Shown here one piece after another: positions 13,284-25,780 of a DNA stretch of 64,000 nt (position 1 is the stretch's first letter; the number at the start of each line of letters is the position of its first letter). Source of the stretch: Eledone cirrhosa (lineage: Eukaryota); assembly GCA_964016885.1 (NCBI GenBank), contig OZ024742.1:129456001-129520000 (forward strand). Direction: 5' to 3'. A program made the translations under genes and the position numbers. Below the pieces are notes generated by a model, which was given only the letters and a program-made list of their open reading frames with translations, did no database searches and had not been told where the DNA came from.

Positions 13284-15208
13284 ACCCGGCTTTGGTGGGG
13301 CCCTGATCAACTTGGATCAGTCTAAGGCTTTCGAGAGGGTTGACCATCGTTACCTGGATGTGGTGCTTGAGGCGGCAAGCTTCGGACTCGTGTTCAGGGG
13401 CTGGATTGCTGCAATGCACAGCAGCAACATCTGCTCAAGGGTCAAGGTGAACGGCTACCTCTCGGAGCCATTCCATATCATGCGATCCATCTGACAGGGA
13501 TGCCCTCTCTCCTCCCTTCTGTACATACTGACTCTCGAGCCACTACTGCGGAAGTTGGAGCTATTGCAGGGCATCCCTTTGGAACCGGGACTGCGAAAAG
13601 CGGCGGCGGCCTACGCCGACGACATGACAGTAATGGTGTCGAGCACCTCGCAAATCGGGGAGATCGGCACCTTACTGGAGGAATACAAAGGTTCACAGGA
13701 GCGAAGCTGAACCAGGACAAATCCGTCGGTTTGCAACTCGGAACGTGGAGAGGCAGACCGATGCCTTCCAATGGCGGCGTCGGACGCTGGACGGAAGGAC
13801 CGGTAAAGCTGCTTGGGGTCTGGTTTGGTCTGGACTTCCAGGTGGAGAAGAACTGGAACGAGGTGTTTGCGCTCACCCAGAAGTGTGCCGAGTGAAAACT
13901 ATCCTTGAAAGGTCGAGCGGAGGTGGCGAACACTACATCCGTCATCTACTACCGCTTGACCGTTGTGCCTTGTCCAGCCAAAACGCTCACCAAAATGAAG
14001 CGCGCGCTCTTCCAATTGCTTTGGAAGATCGGGCTCCCTTGGTGAGAAGATCCATCTGCTGCCAACACCCTTCCAGCGGAGGGCTGGGAATGCCGTGGCT
14101 GACGATGCACAAACACGTGCCCAGGCTGCGGGTCCTCCACATATTCCTCACCAGACAACCGGTGTGGGCCCCGTTCGTGAGGTGAGCCTTCCCACGACTC
14201 ATCTCGCTGACCAAGCTGCAGTCCTGGGTCAAGCAAAGACCGAGGAAAATGGGCGACTGGCACATCGAATGTGCTCAGGCGCTCACAGTCCTCTGGCAAA
14301 CGGACCCGGCGATCAGTGGAGACTCCACTTCGACATTCTATAGAGGGCTGGTCTGCAGCAAGTGCGACGACACACTCGGAGAAACTCTGGGCGTAGAGGA
14401 GGACGAACTGGCCAGTCTGTTCGGTAGGACATTCCGCCCGGGACCAATGGACAACTTCTAAAAGTCCCTGGCCTGGCAGTGCTACCGAGGAGCTCTACCA
14501 GTTCGAGACAAGCTCTACAGACATGGGCACCCGGGTAGGGACTCTTCGAAAAAGATTTATCCGAGATGCATGCGGGACGAGGAAACTGTCACGTACGCAT
14601 TTGTACACTGCCCGGGTGTTACCGACCTGTGGGGCTATGTAAAACGACTATTGTCGCGGGTGGGACCAATCCAGTTGACCACCGAGTCCATTGTCATGAT
14701 CAAACCGCCACCCTCCTTCAAAAACGAGGGAGAGGCGGTTTTCCTATGTGTTATGGCTATGGTGAAAGAGGTTATATGGTGGACGAGGTTAAAAGGGCTG
14801 AGGTCAGACACCTTTCTCTCCAGCGAGCAACTGATTCGTTTTTTCAAATATTATTTTGGAAGAAGAATCAGGATGGAGAGAGAGGTGCTGTACCCCAGCA
14901 AATTTTGTAAAAGGTGGGTGAATGTGGCAAAGATGGCCCGAGTGGTTGGGCCTTCTCTCTATTTAAGCCTGTAGGTTGAGGAAAAAGAGGAAGAGAGGAA
15001 GGGAGTACTCACTCTTGGTGCTCCTGGAGAAGAGGGTTGTACGTTTTTTCGGGGTGTCTACAACCCCTGTGTAACACCTCCCCTTATTGGGGATTTCAAT
15101 TGTTATTTGTTATTGTATTAATAGTTTTATTTTCATATACCTGTATGTAAACTCGCCATTTGTATTTGTCCCCTTCTTTTGTGCCCTTGTGGCTAATAAA
15201 GAAATTCA
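13284..15208 (+). mobile_element. 5'-truncated L1/Tx1-clade LINE (RT plus C-terminal Cys/His region), frameshifted
   Basis: LINLDQSKAFERVDHRYL, QGCPLS, AAAYADDMTV, GGLGMP, LAWQCYRGALPVRDKL, RCMRDEETVTYAFVHCP. AATAAA at ~15195. Flanked by (ATCT)n and (TC)n/(TA)n. Confidence 0.9.
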
Positions 15209-15249
<41 letters not shown>

Positions 15250-15250
<1 letters not shown>

Positions 15251-15408
15251 GTAATAATAATAAATGCGAAGACTAAAATCCAAAGAGGGTTCGATAAGGA
15301 TAAATATATATCAAATATATAAGAACCCTAGAGCAAATATTTATGGAAATAACAGATTAAAGCAAAGAATTGCTGCTTTCACCCTTAACAGGATCTTCTG
15401 AAACTCAT
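15250..15408. repeat. Short (TA)n-associated repeat, pseudo-LTR-like; second copy with fold-back at 58025-58205
   Basis: GAAGACTAAAATCCAAAGA...AAATAACAGATTAAAG is shared with 58040-58140. Confidence 0.65.
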
Positions 15409-15480
15409 ATATATATATATGTATGTATATATGTATATATATATATATGTATATATATCTATATATATATATAAATATAC

Positions 15481-15512
<32 letters not shown>

Positions 15513-15534
15513 ACATTTTTGTAGAATATATATA

Positions 15535-15935
15535 AGACCCGCCTTACCTAAATACATAGTAAAACCTACTACAGCCAGTAGGCATCTCTAACAACCCCGT
15601 CCCACCACCCCCATCCACACCACCCCCTCCTATGTAAAGTTATGTTGGTGCCACAACATCCAGGCCGAAACAAATGAGATCGTGTAGGTGTCACGACAAA
15701 AAAACACACAGTCCACGCTGTAATGTGGCCGTGTAGGCAACACGGTAAAAACCTCCCAGTCCCACACTGTAAATGTGGTTGGTGTTAGGAAGGGCATCCA
15801 ACTGTAGAAAACCTGCCAGACAGTCCTATGCGAGCAAGACAATCACTCTTGCCTCAAGTGGGAATACCCCCGTCCAAACCCATGCAAGCGTGGAACACGG
15901 ACGTTAAACGTTGATGATGATGATGATGATGATAT
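15535..15935 (+). mobile_element. RTE LINE 3' end (last codons, 3' UTR, (TGA)n tail)
   Basis: Near-identical to the reverse complement of 25780-26190. Confidence 0.85.
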
Positions 15936-16392
15936 ATTATTACATAGAATTAAACAACTCATATTCTCTGTAAGGTGAAATCATTTGATTAAATGCCTTG
16001 TGCTATTTGTTCAAGTTCTTTATATTCTGAGTTCAAATCCTGCAAAGGTCAACTTTACCATTCAAACTTTCGAGTTTGATACCTATCCAAGGCAGTGGAT
16101 TGGTAGAATTGTGAGAGCATCAGACAGGATGCCTTACAGTTTCTCTTTTGGTCCTTTGTCTTCTGAGTTTGTCTTTGATGTCAATGGTGCCAAGCTCTAT
16201 CAGGGACATGGAGAGAGGAGGCATGCATACATGTGTGATTACTGGTTTTCTACAAAACAGAAACCTTTCACAGGTCTTCAACTTAGAGAGGAACTTTCCA
16301 GATGGCGGATCCTTGTTTTCATAAAACATACAAAGTCCCAGATCACATATTTCTCAATCAGATTTGTACTAGTATCAAATCCCTTTTCATAC

Positions 16393-16614
16393 TAAACTCT
16401 TTTGATACCAAGCTGTTTTAAAGTGATTATATTTATTAAAAATCCATCCATCATAATCTTTTGTAAAAACCTTTAGGTTTTGTTGCAAACACCATCTTAA
16501 TAACAAGGAAATTTGTTATATTCTAAAATCTCTCCAAATTCTTCATTATTTTCCAAATTATTTAAAAATCATAGACAGTGACTTCCATTAGAAATATGCC
16601 AACAAAAGGGTTAA
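16393..16614. mobile_element. TTAA-type MITE family (degenerate)
   Basis: Ends in ...CAACAAAAGGGTTAA. Related copies at 1-124, ~2310-2560 and ~7037-7514. Confidence 0.5.
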
Positions 16615-16811
16615 TTGTATGTGACTTAGTCATTAGAATGTGATTTCAATTTTACATTGATGTTATATTCTGATAATGGACTCAATACAATATGTGACTC
16701 TACACGTGAGGAAGGTGTTGTTTTAGTTTTGTTTTTAAATTATTTATATTTTGATTTTTGTGGAAAGGACTTTAAAGATAATACAATTAAGCACATGTGA
16801 CTTGAAGTATA

Positions 16812-16854
16812 AATGTGGGTGTACAAGTGTATGTGTGTATTTGTGTGTTTGTGT

Positions 16855-16894
<40 letters not shown>

Positions 16895-17031
16895 TTGTGT
16901 GTGTGTGTGTGTATTTGTGTGTATTTGTGTGTGTGTGTGTGTGTATTTGTGTGTGTGTGTGTGTATTTGTGTGTATTTGTGTGTGTGTGTGTGTGTGTGT
17001 GTATTTGTGTGTGTGTGTGTATTTGTGTGTA

Positions 17032-17070
<39 letters not shown>

Positions 17071-17180
17071 TTGTGTGTGTGTGTGTGTGTGTATTTGTGT
17101 GTATTTGTGTGTGTGTGTGTGTGTATTTGTGTGTGTGTGTGTGTGTGGGTGTGTGTGTGTGTGTGGGTGTGTGTGTGTGG
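16812..17180. repeat. (GT)n compound microsatellite with GTATTT interruptions
   Basis: Directly visible. Confidence 0.95.
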
Positions 17181-18586
17181 TATAGAGGGTTGAAAAAAAA
17201 GTAGATTACTAATTGTAGTTGATGGATTAAGGCAGCAAATTGGAAGAGACATTAGAACAGCAGATAAAATGCATCATGGTATTTGTTATGGCACTTCTAT
17301 GCTCTGAGTTCAAATCCCATTGAGGTCAACTTTGCTTTTCATCCTTTTGAGGTTGATAAATAAAGCACCAGTCCAGTACCAGAGTCCATTCTTCCTTTAT
17401 TTCTCTTTCTCACTTTCTCTCTCTCTCTCTTTCTTTGGAAGAAATCAGCCATGTTTAAATCTGGAGAAGGATGGGCTCTGCCAGGCTTAAATGTCCAAAA
17501 TATGTAATATATCATTACAGTGATCTTTGTAATAGAGCGCCTATTGCATAAGTTGATGTCTTATACTGAATAATGCCAGATTTCAATGTTTCTCTCTCTC
17601 TATTCCTATAGAAATTATATTGCTTTGTTCTTTTGTAGTTGTAATAGTATTCCACTGGTCAGGCAGTCCATCTGCTGCCAACACCCTCAGTGTAGAAGGC
17701 TTGCTATGCCATATCTGATGAGGCATAAATATACTCATAGCCCTTTTCTTACTATTTTACTATTGAAAAACCTTTTACTTTATCTTCTCAGCACTTTGTA
17801 AAAGTCCAAGAGATCAGCTTCGTATACCCAATTTTTGTTGATATTTAAAAGCTGTGATTCAGTTAACTAATTGAAGATGGTAAGAATTGTTATGGTCTCA
17901 TGGTTTAAAGCACCTAGCTAGTATCTGAGAGATATGAGGTTTGATTCCTTATAGCAGCAGATGGCAACTTCTTTTTCTGTCTTCACCCTATTTTATAAGC
18001 TATTTTATAGTATCTTAGTGGATGAGTACACTATTCTTTATATTAACACTTTTATTCTTTCACTTGTTTCAGTCAGACTGTGGCCATCCTGGGGCACCAC
18101 TTTGATTTAGTTGCTCATATTGATGCCAGTACTAATTTTTTTCAAGTCTGGTACTTATTTTATTTATCACTTTTTGTCAAACTGCTAAGTTATGAGATAT
18201 CAGCACAAGCAGACACTCATAGACACACACACACACAGACACAAACATATATATATATGTATTTTGAATGTTTGACTTTATATCAATAATCAGCTATTTT
18301 TTGCTTGCATATATACATATATACATATATACATATATACATATATACATATATACATATATGCATAAATCTTATTATGTTTATGTTTATATGTGATTGG
18401 CTAGGTGAGTTCTTTTCTTGGCGTGAATTCCTTTCTTTGAATTCAACTCCCAAGTCACGTATTTTAGTCTGTGATAAGTTCCTTCCCCTTTTAGAGGCAG
18501 GGTGTAAAATTAGCTAGGACTACTGGATTCCATATCCTGAGGCAATGGCTAATACACACTGTATGGAACTATCGTATGACTTGGGC

Positions 18587-18716
18587 TTCTTTGCTGATAA
18601 GTGTAACTGCCCGGTTGCGTAAATATCTGCCACATATTACGCGATCTTCTGAACATTGAGGATCTATATCTTCACTTGTGAAGATATGTTACACAGAAAC
18701 GATATCATCCAAGGGA
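18587..18716 (+). ncRNA. Degenerate hammerhead-like fold with multibranched stem II
   Basis: TTCTTTG-CTGATAA-GTGTAAC...GTTACAC-A-GAAAC-GATATC-ATC-CAAGGGA, with three internal hairpins. The core has mismatches. Confidence 0.45.
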
Positions 18717-19496
18717 TGAGAATTTCACCTTTCTCTCTACCTAAACACCGCCACCGCATTTGATGAAATTAAATGTGTACACTCTGAACGGCTGATTGCA
18801 ACTGCATTACTGCAATTCAGCAAATTCATTGAGTGAACTAGACGCTGGCCGGAGACCGTTGAAGTAATACCAGCGATCTTTGTTAATTTTATATAGTATA
18901 TATATATATATGACAGACTTCTGCAGTTTCCATCTACCAAATTCCACTCATGAAACATCTGTCAATGTGTCTTATATATCTTTCCACAGATCGTTTCTGT
19001 TATGGAGTTGTAGTATTAATTCAAACAAAGACAAAAAATAGTCTTTTGGAACCTGGAATGTCATTAGAAATCCTGTCCCTCTACCAGTCAGGCAATGCAG
19101 CCATTGGAACTGCCATGATAGAATTTTTTTATGTACAGAAGACTGTGGAGAAGGTGTTGGAAAAAAACAATGTTTTTTTTTTAGGTGTTGTGTGTGTGAG
19201 GGGATGGGGTGCCATGGTAGATTTTTTAATAGAAAACTAGTGGTGGGAAAAATAACGATGTCTATTTTTAAAGTGGACGGGTGCTCTGGGTACTGACAAG
19301 AATTAACTAGCTGGTCTGTTTCTAAGGAATTTTAGTGCTACAGCTATGGATAACTTTCAGAAAATTGGAAATAAATAGGCATGCAATTTAATTTGGATTA
19401 TTCGTGTTAGACAAGATCAAAGACACTACTGATGTCAAAATACAACAGCAGTGATTTCACTAAACTACACAATTAGAAACAAATCCCTCGCTGAAA

Positions 19497-20550
19497 GATT
19501 GGTTGGTTGGTTGACTGGCTGGCTGGTTGGCTGGTTGGTTGGTTGGTTGGTTGGTTGTTTGGTTGGCTGGTTGGTTGGCTGGTTGGTTGGTTGGTTGGTT
19601 GTTTGGTTGGCTGGTTGGTTGGTTGTTTGGTTGGCTGGTTGGTTGGTTGTTTGGTTGTTTGGTTGGTTGGTTGTTTGGTTGGTTGTTTGGCTGGTTGATT
19701 GATTGTTTGGTTGGTTGGCTGGTTGTTTGGTTGTTTGGTTGGTTGTTTGACTGGTTGATTGATTGTTTGGTTGGTTGGTTGGTTGGTTGGTTGGTTGGTT
19801 GTTTGGTTGTTTGGTTGTTTGGTTGGTTGTTTGGCTGGTTGATTGATTGTTTGGTTGGTTGGTTGGTTGGCTGGTTGGTTGATTGGTTGGTTGGTTGTTT
19901 GGCTGGTTGGTTGATTGGTTGGTTGGTTGTTTGGCTGGTTGGTTGGTTGGTTGGTTGGTTGGCTGGTTGGTTGGTTGGTTGGTTGGTTGGTTGGTTATTT
20001 GGCTGGTTGGTTGATTGGTTGGTTGGTTGGTTGGTTAGCTGGTTGGGGGGTTGGTTGGTTGTTTGGTTGGTTGGTTGATTGGTTGGTTGGCTGGTTAGCT
20101 GGCTGGTTGGTTGGTTGGTTGGTTGGTTGGTTGGTTGGTTGGTTGGCTGGTTGGTTGATTGGTTGGTTGGCTGATTGATTGGTTGGTTGATTGGTTGGTT
20201 GGTTGGCTGGTTGGTTGATTGGTTGGTTGGCTGATTGATTGGTTGGTTGGCTGATTGGTTGGTTGGCTGGTTGGTTGGTTGATTGGTTGGTTGGCTGATT
20301 TGGTGGTTAGGTGGCTGGTTGGTTGGCTGGTTGGGTGGTTGGTTGGCTGGTTGGGTGGTTCGATGGTGGTGGTGGTGTTTGTGGTAGTGGTTGTCGTGGT
20401 GGCGATGGTTGTCATGGTGGTGTTGTTGGTAGTTGTGATGGTGGTGGTGGTGGTGATGGTGGGGGTTGTGGTGGTGGTGGCGGTGGTGATGGTGGTGGTG
20501 GTGATGGTGGTGATGGTGGTGGTGGTGGTGATGGTGATGGTGATGGTGGG
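19497..20550. repeat. (GGTT)n compound microsatellite followed by (GGT/GAT)n
   Basis: Directly visible. Confidence 0.95.
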
Positions 20551-23161
20551 TTTGAAACTTCAGCCTACAAAAGAACTCCCAAAACAAAGCAATCAATAAG
20601 TTTTCTAATCCTATAATACCAACAGTTATATGTCTTCTACTTCTACTCCTCCTCCTCTTCTTCTTTGCCACCTTATTCTTAGGAGAGTCATAGGACCAAA
20701 GTTCTCAAGCATACCTTCCAACTTCAGTGGCTTCTGTCAAAAGCAGCCATCTCCAATTGACACAGCTGCATCCCCAAGTAAGACCAGCCTAGATCATGGA
20801 TGTCATCCAACCATCTTGTAGGTACACTTTTAAATATTCCACATACTATAAGCAGCAAAGGTTTACTCAATATTCAGATTTTAAATGCAATCATGTAGAA
20901 AAAAGATACAGTACCCCCACCCCCATCACCACCACCACCAGCACCAAAAAAATCCCTCCTCTGCCATCATATTCCTGGGCATCCAAAGAAGTAGTGTAAA
21001 CAACATAAAGGAGTTAATTTAATTTGGCATTTATTCTTCCAGTTCTTCTTCATACTGAACTGGCTAATCCTTGAAATATCTTTCATCTAATTTTGAAGAA
21101 CCACTCCCAAGAAGATATTATTTTCCAAACATCCTGCCAAATCCCATATTGGCTCCAGCAATTGAAGTACATTCAGTCACCCTGTCTGAGAAATAAATTT
21201 CACATATTTTCCAATCAAAGCTCATAAAAATTCTATGTGACTATACTTAATATCCAGTAATGATTTAGAAGAAAATATCTAAAAACAGGTCTGTCAATTC
21301 AGATGTTTATAGTATCTTTACACTGTGAACATTTGCAGTGTTATAGCAAAGACTTCAAGTTTTCATGTGATGCTATTAATATTGCTTAAAATAATGGTTT
21401 CTGACTTAGGCACAAGGCCAACAATTTTGTGGAAGGGGAAAGTCGATTAAATCAACCCCATTGTATTACTGGTACTTTATTTTATCATCTCTGTAAGGAT
21501 GAAAGGCAAAGCTAACCTCAGCGGGATTTAAACTCAGAACGTAAAGGGCCATAACTCTATGCTGCAAAGCATGTTGTCCAATGCCCTACTGATACTGCCA
21601 AATCCAATATTCTGTGTGCATGGTTGTTAATTAATATCATACAATGATTTAATAGAAAGTATCTAAAGACAGGTTTGTCAATTCAAATCTCTATAGTATC
21701 GTTACAAGAGAACATGATATTGTGAAAGGTTGCAGTATTAGAGTAAATGTTTCAATTTTTAATGTGTTCCAGTCACAGTGTGTTTTGTACTTTTCAAGAA
21801 TGTCTTATAAATGTAGTTTTGTGTGGTACAGGATGTAAAAAGTTAATCAGAATATCTTGATAAGCCGAGTGGTGGTATGTATTGGCAAGAGTAAAAGTAT
21901 AAAATCAACAACAACAATGAGCTGGCCAGCTGCAGGTGTGAGCCTCGTGAGCTGGAATGGCTTTTCCAGCGCGTCCCCCTTGCCGTCTTCTGGGGAAACA
22001 ACTTCTCCATTCTGTCCGCCAGGACTGTGGGGAGGCCACTAATATGATTAACTGATTGTCATTTTATCAGTCAGATGTTTTTAGACACCACGTCAACAGC
22101 AATATTCAATTTAAATGACAATGAACTCCTTGCAGTAAATATCACAATATCAATGAAAACAAAAGGCAAAAGATTAAAAGAACCAAGAGTTTTCTGCTGC
22201 TGCGAGAAGATATACCTGGTGTTTCATAGGTTCATATGTAGAGTACTTCATCAGAGAAATCAGGGAATATGATTAAATTTCACAACCAGCCCTCACATAA
22301 AGCTGATAATCTTAAAATTATATATGGACACACACACACATACACTTGGGTCTTGAATAATCCCCCACTTATAAATTTTTCAGATATTTTCCTACCCTCC
22401 TTGCTCTTATTCCACCTAAACCTCACATCCCTGCTATATTAAATTTTGCTAATCTATCTCCCACAAAATTTTATTTTAAGTAGTAGCATTCCTGCAACAA
22501 TTAATTTTCTTTAAATAATAAAACATTATACATAACAAAAAAAGTACATTACATGTAATTCCATATGTTATGAAATAAATAGGATGGGTTAGGGTCACAA
22601 TATGTAAATTAAACAACTAATTCTGGTTTTTAAAAAAGACAACCTAGAAAAATTACCGATTTTCCAATCCCCCTTGCTTATGCCCTCCTGCTTATTCCAA
22701 CTCCCCTACATATTTGGAATCTGAGAGTATATTCATATATATATATCATCATCATCATCATCATCGTTCAACGTCCATGTTCCACGCTTGCATGGGTTTG
22801 GACGGGAGTTTTCCCACTTGAGGCAAGAGTGGTTGTCTTGCTCGCATAGGACTGTATATATATATATATATATATATAAAATTACACAGTCCACGTTGTA
22901 ATGTGGTCATGTAGGTAACACGACAAAAAGCTCCCAGTTCACACTGTAAATGTGGTTGGTGTTAGGCAGGGCATCCAGCTGTAGAAAACCTGCCAGATAG
23001 TCCTATACGAGCGAGACATGGTCACCCGACCAATCTTGCCTCAAATAGGACAATTCCCATTTAACCCATGCTAGCGTGGAAGATAGACGTTAAACGATGG
23101 TGATGATGATGATGATATACATATATAAATATGTATATATAGACATATATATATGTATATA

Positions 23162-25678
23162 AACAGATTTAAAGATATTTTACTCAACGCCTACGACAGT
23201 AAAGAAGAACAGATAGAGACATTCAATGTAGAAGAGCACTGGGAGTTCCTAAAAAATAACTTACCAGAGGCGACGGATGAGGTCTGTAGCTGGAGTAAGA
23301 CCACAAGCAGGAGGAGAGTGACTTGGTGGTGGAACAATAAGGTAGATGAGGCAGTTAAGGCCAAGAGACAGACATGGAAAGAATGGAAGAACGGGGGGAG
23401 CAGGGTACATTACATAGAGACCAAGAGGGAAGCTAGGTGATAAGTATACTTAGCTAGGAGGGAAGCAGAGGATAAAAAATTCAAGCATGTTTTGCAACAT
23501 GAGGACCAGAAACAGGAGGTGTTCAAGATTGCGAGGCAGTGTGTCAGAGAGAATTGTGATGTCATTGGAGAGAAGTGTATCCGGAATGATAAAGGTGAGC
23601 TTGCCCTCACAAGTGCTGAGAAGAAAGATGCATGGAAGAGCTATTATGATAGATTACTAAATGAGGAGAATGCATGGGAAGAAGAGACCCTACCCCAAGT
23701 AGACCCTATAGAGGGGCCAGCAGTGCAAGTCAGCAGCAGCGTAGTAAGTAAGACAATCAAAGATATGAAGATGGGGAAGGCAACCGGTCCATCGGGTATA
23801 GCTGCCGAGATGCTGAAGGCATCTGGGTCTGTAGGTCACACTATAACCACATGTATTGTTAACCAGGTAATATTGGAAGGTGTCATACCAAAAGATTGGT
23901 GCAGTAGCATCATTGTCAACTGCTACAAAGGTAAAGGTGATGCACTCGATAGAGGAAACTATAGAGGTATAAAGCTCATGGACCAGGTCATGAAAGTAAC
24001 AGAAAGAGTTATAGCACAGTTGATTAGGGACCGGGTGAAACTAGATGAGATGCAATTTGGGTTTGTACCAGGAAGAGGCACCACTGATGCCCTCTTCCTT
24101 GTGAGGCAGTTACAGGAAAAGTACCTAGCTAAAAGTGAGCCACTATACCTGGCATTCGTTGATTTCGAGACAGCCTTTGACAGAGTTCCACGTGCTGTAA
24201 TCTGGTGGGCTCTTAGAAAACTAGGAGTAGATGAATGGCTTGTGAAAGCTGTACAAGCCATGTATAGGGGAGCAGTCAGCAAAGTTAGGATTAGCAATGA
24301 GTATAGCGAGGAATTTAGCGTACAGGGCTCTGTTCTTAGCCCTCTCCTGTTCATCATAGTCCTGCAGGCAATAACGGAGGAGTTTAAGACTGGATGCCCA
24401 TGGGAACTCCTGTATGCTGATGACCTCGCACTTATAGCTGAATCTAGAAATTCCAAGAAATTCCAAACCTGGAAGCAGGGACTAGAAAGAAAGGGTCTCA
24501 AAGTCAACATGACAAAGACTAAGGTCCTCGAAAGTAGACGAGAAAACAGAACCCAGATCCCCTCAGGGAAATGGCCTTGCTCAGTATGTAGGAAAGGTGT
24601 AGGTAGGAACTCCATTCTCTGCCCCAAATGCAAACAATGGGTACACAAGAGATGTAGCGGGATCTCAGGAAGCTTAATTAAGAATGTAGGCTTCACATGC
24701 AGCAGCTGTACTGGGACAACAAGCAGCAAACAGCCACAGGAAACAAGTACCACCAATCTCTGGGAGGGCTCTGTAGAGACAGTAGACAGCTTCTGCTACC
24801 TAGGTGACCGAATTAGCAGCGGAGGTGGGTGTTCAGAAAGTACTATAACTAGGGTAAGAACGGGATGGAAGAAGTTCAGTGAACTACTGCCACTGCTAGC
24901 TGCAAAAGGCTTCTCCCTCAAAATGAAAGGCAGACTGTATGATGCGTGTATCCGAACAGCAATGTTACATGGTAGTGAGACCTGGGCGCTGAAGGTGGAA
25001 GACTTACGTAGATTAGAGAGAAACGAATCCTGCATGCTCCGATGCATGTGTAATAGTAATATACGCGAACGACAAAGCATAAATGAATTGAGAGAGAGAC
25101 TGAGCATAAGAGGAATCAAATGCTGTGTGCAGGAGAGGCGGTTGCGTTGGTATGGACATGGGATGCGTGTGAAGGATGACAGCTGCATAGAAAGGTGCAG
25201 AGCACTAGAAGTCGATGGAAACCGCGGAGTGGGGAGACCCAAGATGACCTGGGATGAGGTGATAAAAGCCGACCTTATCCAATTACACCTCTCAAAGGCG
25301 ATGACACACGACAGTGACCTCTGGCGTCACGTAGTAATACAGAGTACCCGACCTCCCATGGGTACAAGCTGAAGCATATAGACAATATGCCCCCACACCC
25401 TCCCACTGCAAGGTGGTCGTGGAGGTGCCACGGCAAAAAAGCACCCAGCCCACACTGTAAAGTGGACGTGTAGGTACCACGAAGAAGCACCCAGCACTCA
25501 CTTTAAATGAGATTGGTGTTAGGAAGGGCATCCAGCTGTCGAAATCAAGCCAAAACAGTTCCTGTATGAGCAAGGCATGGTCAGCCAACCAGACACTGCC
25601 CTCAACAGGACAACCAGTCTAACCCATGCTAGCGTGGAAGAACGGACGTAAAATGGTGATGATGATGATGATGATGAT
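23162..25678 (+). mobile_element. 5'-truncated RTE-clade LINE (RT ORF 23492-25372, upstream part broken by a stop) with 3' UTR and (TGA)n tail
   Basis: KGKGDALDRGNYRGIKL, QFGFVPGRGTTDA, AFVDFETAFDRVPR, QGSVLSPLLF, LLYADDL, FCYLG, HGSETW, RRLRWYGH, GRPKMTW. Small in-frame deletions relative to the 44657 copy. Flanked by (TA)n. Confidence 0.95.
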
Positions 25679-25738
25679 ATATACATATATATATATACAT
25701 ATATACGTATATACATATATATATATATATATATACAT

Positions 25739-25777
<39 letters not shown>

Positions 25778-25780
<3 letters not shown>

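Noticed and set aside
23959-25242. Antisense ORFs over RTE, PLE and CR1 coding regions (e.g. 265 aa, 182 aa, 147 aa)
   Set aside because: They are shadow frames of the RT ORFs.
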